From assembly GCA_963804995.1 (NCBI GenBank), contig CAWDSK010000002.1, positions 1 through 64,000 of the forward strand: 64,000 bases of DNA, written 5' to 3'. Every line of letters starts with the position of its first letter. Position 1 is the stretch's first letter. Position numbers and translations under genes: made by a program. Positions 41,005 through 51,318 of the stretch are shown piece after piece. The notes under the pieces were generated by a model. It made no database searches. It was not told where the DNA came from and saw only the letters and a list, made by a program, of their open reading frames with translations. The stretch comes from an uncultured Acidobacteriota bacterium. Its GTDB lineage: Bacteria > Acidobacteriota > Terriglobia > UBA7540.

Positions 41005-42759
41005 ATGGAATGCGAAAGTTATCTTCATTCAGCTAAGCAATACATCCTGATGATAATTGTGATGGTCGGCACGGCCTTGCCCTCATCTCTTTGGGGCAAA
41101 GATCCCAATGACGTTTCAAAATCCCCCACGGAGAAAACCAGCCCGGCTCCCAGCAACCAACCGAGCGATGAAACGTCAACTTTGAAAGAGCAGCTCGCAC
41201 GGCAGCAGGCCCGGATCGAGCAATTGGAGCGGACACTAGAGACGGTGACGCGACGGCTGGATCAGCTCGTGGGCACCGAGCGGGCCTCCAGCCCCACGCC
41301 ACCTGAGCAGCACCCGGTGGCCAGCACTACCCCGATCGCACCAGTCGAGGTTCTTCGGGCCAAGGAAGGCAGCACGGGGGACCTGGTAGCGTCTGCCGTT
41401 GCTCCACCTGTAATTTCCCCCGCGCCGGTTCGTCCTCAGGCTGAGGCGAGCAAACCCAAGTCCTCTCCCCTATCGTTTCAAATCGGCGATGCGGAGTTTA
41501 CGCCGGGAGGTTTCATGGACTTCACCACGGTCTTCCGGTCCACGAACCTGGGCAGCGGCGTGGCCACGGCCTTCGGCAGCATACCCTACAGCGTCATCGG
41601 GGGAGTGCCAAACCCCGCGGGGCGCATGACGGAGATTCGGTCCCTGGCTCAGAACTCACGAATCAGCCTGAAGATGACTTCCATGGTGGCCGGGTTCAGC
41701 GTCACGGGCTACGTCGAGTCGGACTTTGCCGGCAACAATCCCAGTAGCCTCTTCGTGACCAGCAACTCCAGCACCCTGCGCTTGCGTCATTACTGGGCGC
41801 AATTGGTGCGGGGCAAGTTTGAGTTGCTGGGCGGTCAGGCTTGGACCCTCATGACTCCCGGCCGCACAGGTATTTCCCCGGTGTCCACCGACCTCTTCAT
41901 CTCACAGGTCCAGGATTCGAATTATCAATTAGGCATTACCTGGGGGCGTCAAAGTCAGTTGCGCATGGTCTACCACCCGAGCAAACAATGGGCCATGGCA
42001 CTTTCGATTGAGAATCCCAACCAATACCTGAGCACGGGCGTGGTGCTTCCCAATTCGAGCTTCAACAGCCAGTTTGACATGGCCGGCAATCAGACCACCA
42101 CCCCCAACCTGCGCCCGGACTTCGTTACGAAAGTGGCCTATGACCCGACCTTCAGCGGCAGGCACATGCACGCCGAGCTGGGTGGGATCGTGCGATCGTT
42201 TAGGACCTTCAATCAGGGCAATAATACCTCATCGACGATTACGGGAGGTGGCGTTACGGCCGGCGTGAACATCGAACTGACTAGGGACTTTCGCCTGGTC
42301 GCGAGTGGCCTCTACAGCTCTGGCGGTGGACGGTACATGCTGGGCCTCGGCCCGGATGTTATCGTAAAGCCGGACGGAACGCTGTCTGGCGTACATTCCG
42401 GGGCCGGCGTCACTGGCTTCGAATACCAGGTGAATCCCCAGATCCTGCTCTTCGGGTATTACGGCGGGGCTTACTTCCAACGCAACACGGGCTATACCCT
42501 CGACGCTAAGGGGAATAAGGTCTGGGTCGGGTTCGGCGCGCCCACTACTACCACGACTGAGCTCAATGCGAATCGGGCGGTCCAGGAACCTACTTTCGGA
42601 ATTACCCGCACCTTCTGGAAGAATCCCAGGTATGGATCCTTCCTCTGGGTCAATCAATACTCGTATGTCACCAGGGCTCCGTGGATCGTCCCGTCGGGAT
42701 CGGGAAAGAATGCGCACCTGGGCGTCGTCTATACGGACCTCCGGTACGTGTTGCCCTAA
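41005..42759 (+). CDS. Outer-membrane porin, DcaP-like, with N-terminal coiled coil
   Basis: Signal-like N-terminus, coiled coil, QNSRI, GYVESDF, LRLRHYW, GQAWTL and terminal DLRYVLP; AAGGAG RBS. Confidence 0.8.
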   Translation: MECESYLHSAKQYILMIIVMVGTALPSSLWGKDPNDVSKSPTEKTSPAPSNQPSDETSTLKEQLARQQARIEQLERTLETVTRRLDQLVGTERASSPTPPEQHPVASTTPIAPVEVLRAKEGSTGDLVASAVAPPVISPAPVRPQAEASKPKSSPLSFQIGDAEFTPGGFMDFTTVFRSTNLGSGVATAFGSIPYSVIGGVPNPAGRMTEIRSLAQNSRISLKMTSMVAGFSVTGYVESDFAGNNPSSLFVTSNSSTLRLRHYWAQLVRGKFELLGGQAWTLMTPGRTGISPVSTDLFISQVQDSNYQLGITWGRQSQLRMVYHPSKQWAMALSIENPNQYLSTGVVLPNSSFNSQFDMAGNQTTTPNLRPDFVTKVAYDPTFSGRHMHAELGGIVRSFRTFNQGNNTSSTITGGGVTAGVNIELTRDFRLVASGLYSSGGGRYMLGLGPDVIVKPDGTLSGVHSGAGVTGFEYQVNPQILLFGYYGGAYFQRNTGYTLDAKGNKVWVGFGAPTTTTTELNANRAVQEPTFGITRTFWKNPRYGSFLWVNQYSYVTRAPWIVPSGSGKNAHLGVVYTDLRYVLP

Positions 42760-42851
42760 GCGTTGGCCACAGGGGGAAGTGGAGATCGGAGGCGGAGCGG
42801 CCGCTGCGCCAAGGACTTCGTTCCCGTCGGCTTACCAGGAAGGTGATCGAA

Positions 42852-42960
42852 CCCCCTGAAAGTGGTAGCGCTGTCAAATCCCAGGTTACCCGCTGAAAGT
42901 CTCCCTATGTTTACGGACGCATCCGCAGGGGGAATCCGAAGTTCTGGGCGAACGATGGCG
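42852..42960. repeat. ~110-bp diverged direct repeat, copy 2
   Basis: Aligns with 40375-40483. Confidence 0.75.
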
Positions 42961-43277
42961 GACGCCCTCAGTAAATATTGCGGCGTTACTTGAGACCCAT
43001 CTCGCGCTGCAGGCGACAAGCGCGTCTTACCTCAGGAGGGCGGGAACTCTTTGCAGTCCAGGCGGCTCCGGGCGCGAGCGCGGCCGCGCCCAACGCGGCC
43101 GCAACAACGAATTCACGACGCTTCATTCAGTGTACCTCCAGCGGGAACTAGGTAATCGGCGGCACTGGGCTCAATGGTAACACAATGTCCATAGGGGTTC
43201 GATGCGGACGGCATGGCGAGATGGGGGCCAGGCGGCTGACTTGAAGGCGCGCTCCCGCTGGTGAAAGCCCCGGCAGC

Positions 43278-43578
43278 GGTCCGCGCTACACTTGCGGGGA
43301 TGCGAAGCGAGAACCTGACGAAGACCCGCGGACCTGGTGTGTAGCGCGGTCCCCCGACTTTGGGGTCCGCGGCACTTCGTTTGAAACAACCGCAACCCCC
43401 AATACGGGCGGCCGCTTCCCCACGATGCATTTGATGAATTGGCACAGGAAGAACCGCGGACCTCAACCACGGAGGTCCGCGCTACAACTGCAACCCTTGC
43501 GGGGATGCGAAGCGAGAACCTGACGAAGAACCGCGGGCCTGTTTTGTAGCGCGGTCCCCCGACTTTGGGGTCCGCGGC
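43278..43578. repeat. BIME-like cluster of GTAG-type REPs
   Basis: CTTGCGGGGATGCGAAGCGAGAACCTGACGAAGA..GTAGCGCGGTCCCCCGACTTTGGGGTCCGCGGC occurs twice. Confidence 0.8.
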
Positions 43579-43609
43579 GCGGCCTCAACCAGACATCAAG
43601 GGAAAAGGG

Positions 43610-45460
43610 TCAAGGAGCAGACATTCCCCCGACACAACGAAAGCCACTAATGTGGCAATGGTCACCTGGACTGACCCCGACGCGGTTCGATGCACGGACA
43701 ACCCTGGGAACTAGGTACCAGGACCCTCCACGCACAACGCGAGAGTGCCCACTCTCCGGTCCTGTGGGGTCTTGCAACGGGCTACTTTGGTAATAATTCT
43801 TGTCAAACTTATCGTTCACCCATTCCCAAACACTCCCCAGCATATCGTACAGCCCGAATCCGTTTGCTCGCTTCTGACCCACCGCGTGTATTAATTCCCC
43901 CCCACTGTTCTTGTCGTCCCAAGCAACCTCATCGATTGGCCCGTATCGTGCCTCAGTGCTCCCGGCGCGTGCGGCATATTCCCACTCCGCCTCCGTAGGC
44001 AGCCGCCCTCCTGCCCAACCGCAATAAGCTTGGGCGTCGTCCCATCTGACATCGACTACCGCCATCTGCTCGTGGCTCCAACCCCGATCAAACCAAGGAG
44101 CCTTGGGCATAGTTTTTCCTGTCGTAGCTGCAAAGCGTTTGTATGCCCCAACAGTCACTGGCGTCTGCCCCAGCCAAAAACCCTTCGTGATGGTCACCTG
44201 ATGCGGCGGTTTCTCGTCATCGTAACATTCGGTGTCTCCCGGCGAGCAGCCCATCATGAAAGTGCCGGTCGGTATCCAGACATACTTCAGTCCGTCCTTC
44301 GGGTTAATTCGCGTTGTGTCCGCCAGAGTCGTAGGTTTTGGAACTTCCACCGGAGGCGTTTCGATGTTGACTAACGCGGCCTCAATCGTGCTTGCCTGAC
44401 CCGCGACGACCGTGACGCTCTGCCGGAATTCTTTCTTTCCCGGTGCTGTTATGCGCAGCTCATGCGACCCTGTTATGACCTGGGGGACACTTAGTTGCCC
44501 CCTCGCATTCGTCATGCCGCGCTCGGAATTGTCGAGGAAAACTACCGCACCCGGGGAAGTTTGAACCACGACAGTTCCGGCAGCGTCTGTCAGCACTGCA
44601 TTCACCCTGAATTGCTCACCCGCCAGAACCTGAATGCTTTTCTGGTACTCATTCTTGCCGGGAGCGGAAACCCGCAACTCATGCGAACCTGCGGCGACGT
44701 CAGGGATAGATAACTGTCCGCTGGCGTCTGTCGTGCCTCGGCTGGAACCATCAAGGGATACCGCAGCGCCGGTCGAAGTCAGAACTACCACAATTCCAGC
44801 AAGGTCCTCCAACCGCGCTTCAAGCCTGGAAGTTTGAGGCGGCACCAACGATATCTTCTGCTCAAAATCTCCTTTGCCTTTGAGGGATACCTTCACTGTA
44901 TGGGTGCCGGGTTTTGACTTTATTCCGAACTCCCCTTGTGCGTTGGCGTGCCCTTTTGATTCCCCATCGATAAGAACTTCGGCGTTGGGCGAAGTCATCA
45001 CTAGCAACTCTGCTCTTACCGCAGCACCAGCATCTCTCAAAGCGGCCAAAAGCACTTCTTCTCCGCCCGCCACGTGCAAGGTCTGGAGGTACTCATCGTC
45101 CGGAACAAAATCGATGCCGCGTTGCTGCACCAGCGCCGCCGCCCGCTGGCTGGGCACGTGCCCTGCCACCAGTTCCAGCACCTGGTCGCGGCTAAGGGGC
45201 TTGGGCCGGACGGTGCGCAGCGCCTGGATGACTGTCTCCTGTGCCCCTGCCTTGTGCAGTGCCTGGAGGTAATCGTCCGTCAGGTCGAAGTCAATGCCGA
45301 GTTGCCTGACCTTATCTGCCAGTTCCGCGCTATCCATGCCGGCCTTAACCAGTTCCATCACCTGGTTCTTATTCAGAGGCTTTGCGGCCTCCTGGGGGCG
45401 AGCCGGCAGCCCCGAGGCGGTGAGAAGCAGGAGGAAGGCGGTCAAGAATTTGAGTTTCAT
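43610..45460 (-). CDS. Secreted protein: N-terminal helical repeat pair + PEGA repeats + FGE-sulfatase (SUMF1) domain
   Basis: Signal peptide; three PEGA-like repeats; FMMG, RLPTEAEWEYAARAG, NGFGLYDMLGSVWEW and RGGSW..GFRC. Confidence 0.9.
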   Translation of the reverse strand: MKLKFLTAFLLLLTASGLPARPQEAAKPLNKNQVMELVKAGMDSAELADKVRQLGIDFDLTDDYLQALHKAGAQETVIQALRTVRPKPLSRDQVLELVAGHVPSQRAAALVQQRGIDFVPDDEYLQTLHVAGGEEVLLAALRDAGAAVRAELLVMTSPNAEVLIDGESKGHANAQGEFGIKSKPGTHTVKVSLKGKGDFEQKISLVPPQTSRLEARLEDLAGIVVVLTSTGAAVSLDGSSRGTTDASGQLSIPDVAAGSHELRVSAPGKNEYQKSIQVLAGEQFRVNAVLTDAAGTVVVQTSPGAVVFLDNSERGMTNARGQLSVPQVITGSHELRITAPGKKEFRQSVTVVAGQASTIEAALVNIETPPVEVPKPTTLADTTRINPKDGLKYVWIPTGTFMMGCSPGDTECYDDEKPPHQVTITKGFWLGQTPVTVGAYKRFAATTGKTMPKAPWFDRGWSHEQMAVVDVRWDDAQAYCGWAGGRLPTEAEWEYAARAGSTEARYGPIDEVAWDDKNSGGELIHAVGQKRANGFGLYDMLGSVWEWVNDKFDKNYYQSSPLQDPTGPESGHSRVVRGGSWYLVPRVVRASNRVGVSPGDHCHISGFRCVGGMSAP

Positions 45461-45604
45461 AAGGTCCCCTCAGGGCGGATTTGGCGCAAAGCCGCCTATT
45501 GTACGCCTGCGCATCCCAGAGTGCCACACTATCAAATCCCCTCTTAGGGGGATAGAATCTGCCCATAGATTTTTCTCAGTCCGCCGCAGCCTTGCGAGGT
45601 CGCA

Positions 45605-47197
45605 ATGAGGTACCGAAGAACGCTGACCCTTTTCATGTTGACGATAGGGCTGATTTTTACCCTGTCAGCCTGGGCGCATCAGAAGCCTTTTACGCAGGAG
45701 GAGGTCAGCAACATGGTACGCGCCGGGCTGGGAGATGATTCGGGCGCGAAGCTGATCGAGCAGCGCGGGATTGATTTTGCGCCGGTGGAGGACTTTCTCC
45801 AAACCCTCAAGGCCGCAGGCGCGAGCGAGGCATTTCTTCAGGCACTGCGCGCGGCCAAGCCGCCCGAGCCCGTGAGCGCGAAGAAACCGCTAAACCAGGT
45901 GCAGGTCTTCGCCTTACTCGCCGGGCAGGTGCCGAGCCACCGCGTGGCGATGCTGGTGAACGAGCGCGGCGTCGACTTCGAGCCGCAGCAAGACTATCTG
46001 GACGAAGTCCGTCTAGGCGGTGGTGACGACGAATTAATCACCGCGCTGAAGACCGCCAAGGTGACGAAGCCCGCGACCGTTGATCCGGCGGCGGCGGCGC
46101 GACAGGCTCAGGTTCGGCAACACGCAGCGCGTGGAACGGAGCTCAAAAGGAAATTGCAGTATGTGGAGGCTGAAGCGGAATATCGCGAGGCATTGCAGCT
46201 CGACTCTCAAAACGCCGACCTTTACGTAAGCCTGGCTATTGTCCTGATTGAGCAGAAGAAGTGGGACGATGCCGCGTCGGCAGCACGCGAGGCCGTGCGC
46301 CTGAACCCGAATAATGATACGGCGCACGGCAACCTCGGTGTCGCACTCGGGAGGAAGGGCGACGTGGATGGGGAGATCGTGGAGTATCGCGAAGCCCTGC
46401 GCCTGAACCCGAATAATGAAACGGTGCACGAAAACCTCGGCCGTGCGCTTTGGCATAAGGGCGATTGGGAGGGGGCGGCCGCCGAAGATCGTCAAGCACT
46501 ACTCATTAACCCCGGGAGCGAATCTGCACATTACGATCTTGGGGTGACGCTTAGAAGCAAGGGCGATTGGGACGGGGCGATCGCGGAGTTCCGTGAGGCG
46601 CTACGCTTGAACCCGAAGACGGACCCACGCGGGTTGAATGAAAAAGCACACGAAAATCTTGGCTTCGCACTCTATCACAGCGGAGACCTTGATGGCGCGA
46701 TCACGGAATACCGTGAGGTACTACGCCTGAACCCCAAGAATGAGGCGGCGCACATCAACCTGGCCCACGCACTCGGGAACAAGGGCGACTGGGATGGACA
46801 AATCACTGAAGAACGTGAAGCGCTGCGCTTGAACCCAGAGGATTCGAACGAGCACGTCGGCCTCGGCGTTGCACTCGGACAGAAGGGCGACTGGGATGGA
46901 GAGATCGCTGAAGAACGCGAAGCGCTGCGCTTGAACCCCAATAATGCCCTCGCGCATGTCAACCTCGCCGTCGCGCTCGAAACCAAGGGCGATCTTGACG
47001 GTGCGATTGCGCAATTCCGCGAAGCGCTGCGCTTGAACCCCAATAATGCCTTCGCGCACAACGGCCTGGGCTTCCTACTGGAGAGGAAGGGCGACCGGCA
47101 GGGAGCTCTCCAGGAATATCGCTCGGCTACCACGCTCGTCCCCAAGAACGCGATCTTTAAGCAGAATTACGAGCGCCTGTTGCAGCAGATGAACTAA
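45605..47197 (+). CDS. Secreted TPR protein with the same N-terminal helical repeat pair
   Basis: Signal peptide; about 10 TPR units (AHxNLGxAL..KGDWDG..REALRLNP). Confidence 0.9.
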   Translation: MRYRRTLTLFMLTIGLIFTLSAWAHQKPFTQEEVSNMVRAGLGDDSGAKLIEQRGIDFAPVEDFLQTLKAAGASEAFLQALRAAKPPEPVSAKKPLNQVQVFALLAGQVPSHRVAMLVNERGVDFEPQQDYLDEVRLGGGDDELITALKTAKVTKPATVDPAAAARQAQVRQHAARGTELKRKLQYVEAEAEYREALQLDSQNADLYVSLAIVLIEQKKWDDAASAAREAVRLNPNNDTAHGNLGVALGRKGDVDGEIVEYREALRLNPNNETVHENLGRALWHKGDWEGAAAEDRQALLINPGSESAHYDLGVTLRSKGDWDGAIAEFREALRLNPKTDPRGLNEKAHENLGFALYHSGDLDGAITEYREVLRLNPKNEAAHINLAHALGNKGDWDGQITEEREALRLNPEDSNEHVGLGVALGQKGDWDGEIAEEREALRLNPNNALAHVNLAVALETKGDLDGAIAQFREALRLNPNNAFAHNGLGFLLERKGDRQGALQEYRSATTLVPKNAIFKQNYERLLQQMN

Positions 47198-47370
47198 TGA
47201 GGAACAGGGGGCCACGCTCTGGCAGGGGCATTGTCCTCCGAAACCGCCGCCCCGAGAGTTAGTCGCTGCAACGTTGCAGCCCGCATATATACGTTGTGAC
47301 GGGAAGATGAGAGACAAAGGCCCACGAGGCCCCACCAATCGGTGATTTTCGGCAGGCTGGCGCCTGACCC

Positions 47371-49056
47371 TTACGCTTTGTTCAGAACAAGCTCGTGCAC
47401 CTCGTTGTATCCCTTGTAGCGCAGGCGGTACTTATAGCTGCCGGATGCGTATTTTGACGTGTTCCATGCCGCCATGTGGTACCCGGCTTCACAGACGGTG
47501 TTGGAGATCACTTCCAGGTTGTTGCCGCTTGGATCGAGGATCTCTACGAGCACCCATCCTGTTTCCGGGACGCTGAACTCGATGGCCAATTGCGGATTGT
47601 TGGCGTTGGGATAGTGCTGGTTCAGCACGCGCGTCGTGGGCTTGGCGGGAATGCTGAGTTTCTTCTCGCTCACCTTGGTGTAATCGAACGGCTCGTTGCA
47701 GAGATGCCACAGCGGCTCTTTCCCGCGCTGCTGGAGGTAGAAGCTCCGCAACGGCGTGCGGGTGAAGCTCGTGAGCGGACGACGGACCGCCACCCCATCC
47801 TGCCACTCATACACAGGAATATTCATCGGATTCATCACGCCGAGCTTGCCCCGCTCCATCGCAATGTGGAACAACCCGAAATTCCCGGGCTCATGACCGC
47901 CCAGCCAATGGCCCACGATATCGACGAGGTAGGGGTTTTTGCCGAAGATGACGATGTTCGCCATGTAGTCCCAGGCTCTGCCCTGGTAGTTGTTCTCGTT
48001 GCCGAAGGGATTCGGCCCCCAGTTGAAGTCGCCGTCACGCCCGTAGATGCCCTCGATAATATGCAGCCCCATGGGGGACGCGGCATGATTGTCGATAGTC
48101 CGCTGCGCCCACAATTCCATGCACAGGGCCGTGTAAAAATACTGCTCATTTTCATCGCCCTCGACGCGCGGGAAATCCGGAGTATCCCAGCGGGGAATCG
48201 TCCGGGTGTGCCGCTTGAAGTTCGCTTCCACGACTTCACGAACTTTAGGATCGATACACTCCTTATTAATTACGTTCTCAAGCTTCTGCATCGCCTCGAT
48301 ATCGGGCCAGTTGCCGCAGTATTGCTGAAAGGGTGCAGCATGGCTACCCTGCCAGTTCTTGGAGGCGAGGGTCAAACCCATTTCGTGAGCCTTGAATTTC
48401 GCCACATTCAGGTTCCAGGAATCCCGCGCATTGAAGGGCCAAAGGTAAGGGACCTGGGTACTCACCACGCCGCCGGGAACCTCTTTCCAGACAAAGGCCT
48501 CGGCATCCTTCGCATCATCATGTGTGGCAATGGTGTTTTTTACCGGGGCCACCGTTGCACCCACCCGCTGGCCCATCGCCACGTATCCGCGGGGTTCGAT
48601 CACGTCGCCCCCATTGGCATCGCGCGTGTGCATCCTGCGGCCCGCCACGCCCAGTTCCTTCAAGGATTCGAACAGACCCTCGACAAAGAACACGTCGGTG
48701 GCAATGCCCATCGTGTCCTCCAGGGTGAATCCTCTTTTTTTATCGACGGCGTCGTGCGCGGTGAGATTCGGCTTGGCGGCGATGTTGTGGGTCACCGGAA
48801 TGCCGGTGGGGTCCATGGGAACGAATACCGTGCGTCCCAAATCGAGTCCGACCCGCTTGCACGCGGCAGAATTCGTCTTGTAATCCACATGCGTCCGCAG
48901 GATGAAGACCGCTTCCGGGTGCTGCTCCACAAACGGATGCACACCAAAATATCCGGACGGTTTCGACGCGGTGGTAAAAATGGGAGCCCGGCCGATGATG
49001 CCCAGGCTTCCACATAGCAAGGATGAAGACTTAAGAAAATCCCTTCGACCAAACAT
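47371..49056 (-). CDS. Tat-exported DUF362-like protein with a C-terminal T9SS-CTD/FlgD-like Ig domain
   Basis: [31 protein letters not shown] and IIEGIYG motifs; C-terminus [26 protein letters not shown]. Confidence 0.75.
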   Translation of the reverse strand: MFGRRDFLKSSSLLCGSLGIIGRAPIFTTASKPSGYFGVHPFVEQHPEAVFILRTHVDYKTNSAACKRVGLDLGRTVFVPMDPTGIPVTHNIAAKPNLTAHDAVDKKRGFTLEDTMGIATDVFFVEGLFESLKELGVAGRRMHTRDANGGDVIEPRGYVAMGQRVGATVAPVKNTIATHDDAKDAEAFVWKEVPGGVVSTQVPYLWPFNARDSWNLNVAKFKAHEMGLTLASKNWQGSHAAPFQQYCGNWPDIEAMQKLENVINKECIDPKVREVVEANFKRHTRTIPRWDTPDFPRVEGDENEQYFYTALCMELWAQRTIDNHAASPMGLHIIEGIYGRDGDFNWGPNPFGNENNYQGRAWDYMANIVIFGKNPYLVDIVGHWLGGHEPGNFGLFHIAMERGKLGVMNPMNIPVYEWQDGVAVRRPLTSFTRTPLRSFYLQQRGKEPLWHLCNEPFDYTKVSEKKLSIPAKPTTRVLNQHYPNANNPQLAIEFSVPETGWVLVEILDPSGNNLEVISNTVCEAGYHMAAWNTSKYASGSYKYRLRYKGYNEVHELVLNKA

Positions 49057-49174
49057 AGCGATCCTTCCTTTCCAAGGTTACGTCACTCCTCTGGGCGCCA
49101 TGCGATGACTCTGGGGCGTCCCGCTCCGGCGGCACGGTGGCGGCAGTGCCCATCGCTACGCCCGGGCTGGTCAG

Positions 49175-49306
49175 GTGTTCTTCCGGCAGGAATTTCAAGG
49201 CGACGTTGCGCTTGAGCTTTGTGCCCGCGGCCTTGTACACTACGCCCGTGCCACGCCCACGGGGTTTCTCCAGGATGCGGTAGTGCAGAACGATCGTACC
49301 GATCAT
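49175..49306 (-). pseudogene. Ser/Thr protein kinase N-terminal remnant
   Basis: [43 protein letters not shown]: degenerate Gly-rich loop plus VALK, then ends. Confidence 0.75.
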
Positions 49307-49471
49307 AAGGAGGGACCCACCTTGGAGGTGCATCTTAGGCCGCAGCCACGGGCAAGTCAATGCACAACTACGCAGGGGGTGCGCGACATAAATGTAACGC
49401 TCTGGGCTGGCTCTTTTTTTGTCGCTTATATCCTAACGTATATGATACGTTAGGATAGAGGAGGCCTTAAC

Positions 49472-49877
49472 ATGCCCCAATCCCTTGACGTTCCTGGAGA
49501 ACCAACGGGCGGAGTTGATCCGCCAGATCGCCCAACTGGGTGACCTCCGCAGTGGTTCGATCACCAGCATTACCGCCCGCTGCGGCAAGTCCAACTGTCA
49601 CTGTCATCAGCCCCATCATCCCGGCCACGGCCCTAACTTCCGGCTCACTTACAAGGTGCAGGGCCGGACCGTCAGCGAAACCTTCCCCAGCCCTGCCGCC
49701 CGGCACCAGGCGGAACGACAGATTGCCGAGTTCCGCAGGTTTCAACAACTGCGCCGGGCCTTCGTGGAGGTGAACGAAAAAATCTGCCGTCAGCGCCCCC
49801 TCCCCCAGGAGGCCGAAGCGGCGGAGCAGGAAAAAAAACGGCGGAAGCCATTCAGCGGGAAGTGGCGCGAGAAGTAG
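49472..49877 (+). CDS. ISKra4 upstream ORF (Cys/His-rich); extra T near 49491 in this copy
   Basis: RCGKSNCHCHQPHHPGHGP; intact version at 51319-51723. Confidence 0.75.
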
Positions 49878-51190
49878 AGTCCCTGCTGGCGGTGATCTTT
49901 GCTGGGCGGCGCAAGTCCGGGACGCTGGATTTGGAAGCCGTCGAGATGGCCACACGCGCGGCCTTGCACCGGGCGGGGGCGGCGGTGCTGGAGGAGTTGC
50001 TGGCCGCCCCGGACGAGTGCCCTCGCCAAGTTCCCTGCGGCTGTGGTCAGGGGGCACCCTACCGCGGCAGGCGTCGGAAGCAACTGCTGACCGTGCTGGG
50101 GCGGGTCGAGACCGAGCGTCCCTATTACGTTTGTCCGGCCTGTCACCGGGGACAGAGTCCCCGCGATCAGGAACTGGATGTGGAGGGCACGGAATATTCT
50201 CCTGGGGTGCGACGGATGATGGCGGTGGTGGGCAGCGAAACCTCCTTTGCGCTCGGTCGAGAACAACTGCAACTGCTGGCCGGGTTGGAGGTGACCACCA
50301 AGGCCGTGGAACGGCAGGCAGAGGCTCTGGGCGCCGAGATTGCTGCCCAGGAACAAGCCTCGATCCAGCAAGGCCTGCAACGGAACTTGCCGCAGGTGAG
50401 GGGACCGGAAATTCCGGTACTCTATGTGGAGATGGATGGGACGGGAGTACCGGTGGTGAGTTCGGAAACCGAGGGTCGAGCGGGGAAACAGAGCGAGCAA
50501 GCGCGCCCGCGGGAAGTGAAATTAGGTTGTGTCTTCGCCCAGACGACACGGGATGCCCGGGGCCGACCGGCGCGCGAAGAAGGCTCCACCACCTACACGG
50601 GAGGCATCGAAACGGCCGAGGTTTTTGGGCGGCGCATCTACCTCGAAGCATATCGTCGGGGCTGGAACCGGGCCCAAAAGAAAGTGGTGATCGGCGATGG
50701 TGCTCCTTGGATTTGGAACCTCACCGCCGAGCACTTTCCGGGAGCCATTCAGATTGTGGATCTTTATCATGCCCGACAGCACTTATGGGAGCTGTCGGGC
50801 CAGCTCTGGCCCACCGACGAGCGCCACCGCCGAAGGTGGACCAGAAAACGGGAGGAGAAGTTGGAGAGCGGGCGGATCGAATCCCTAGTGCGCGATTTGC
50901 GCTCGCTGTTCCCAGCCACGCCCGAAGCCGCCGAACTCTTGCGCCACGCGGCAGATTATTTTACCGTCAACGCCCAACGGATGCGCTATCCGACCTTTCG
51001 GCGTCAGCATCTGTTCGTAGGTTCCGGGGTTGTCGAAGCCGGCTGCAAAACCCTCATCGGCACTCGGCTGAAGCGCTCCGGTATGTTCTGGAGGGTCCGC
51101 GGGGCCAATGCCATCATCGCCCTTCGCTGCCATCGCTTGAGCGGCAAATTCGAGGATTACTGGGAGAACCGTCGCCCCCGCGCGGCCTGA
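49862..51190 (+). CDS. ISKra4-family transposase
   Basis: EMDGTG, REVKLG, IGDGAPWIW, IVDLYHA and GSGVVEAGCK..RLKRSGM motifs. Confidence 0.9.
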   Translation: MAREVESLLAVIFAGRRKSGTLDLEAVEMATRAALHRAGAAVLEELLAAPDECPRQVPCGCGQGAPYRGRRRKQLLTVLGRVETERPYYVCPACHRGQSPRDQELDVEGTEYSPGVRRMMAVVGSETSFALGREQLQLLAGLEVTTKAVERQAEALGAEIAAQEQASIQQGLQRNLPQVRGPEIPVLYVEMDGTGVPVVSSETEGRAGKQSEQARPREVKLGCVFAQTTRDARGRPAREEGSTTYTGGIETAEVFGRRIYLEAYRRGWNRAQKKVVIGDGAPWIWNLTAEHFPGAIQIVDLYHARQHLWELSGQLWPTDERHRRRWTRKREEKLESGRIESLVRDLRSLFPATPEAAELLRHAADYFTVNAQRMRYPTFRRQHLFVGSGVVEAGCKTLIGTRLKRSGMFWRVRGANAIIALRCHRLSGKFEDYWENRRPRAA

Positions 51191-51318
51191 CCCACACAGA
51201 TTTGTCGCACACCCCTACGCAGGGGGTGCGCGACATAAATGTAACGCTCTGGGCTGGCTCTTTTTTTGTCGCTTATATCCTAACGTATATGATACGTTAG
51301 GATAGAGGAGGCCTTAAC

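Larger units (their letters stand above)
49377..51214 (+). mobile_element. ISKra4-family IS, copy 1
   Basis: IRs GGGTGCGCGACATAAAT / ATTTGTCGCACACCC; flanked by CTACGCAGG. Confidence 0.88.

Noticed and set aside
46290..47030. DNA repeat array in the TPR gene
   Set aside because: Explained by 34-aa TPR coding repeats.
50017..51300. 427-aa alternative-frame ORF in ISKra4
   Set aside because: It overlaps the real transposase, is low-complexity and has no recognisable motifs.
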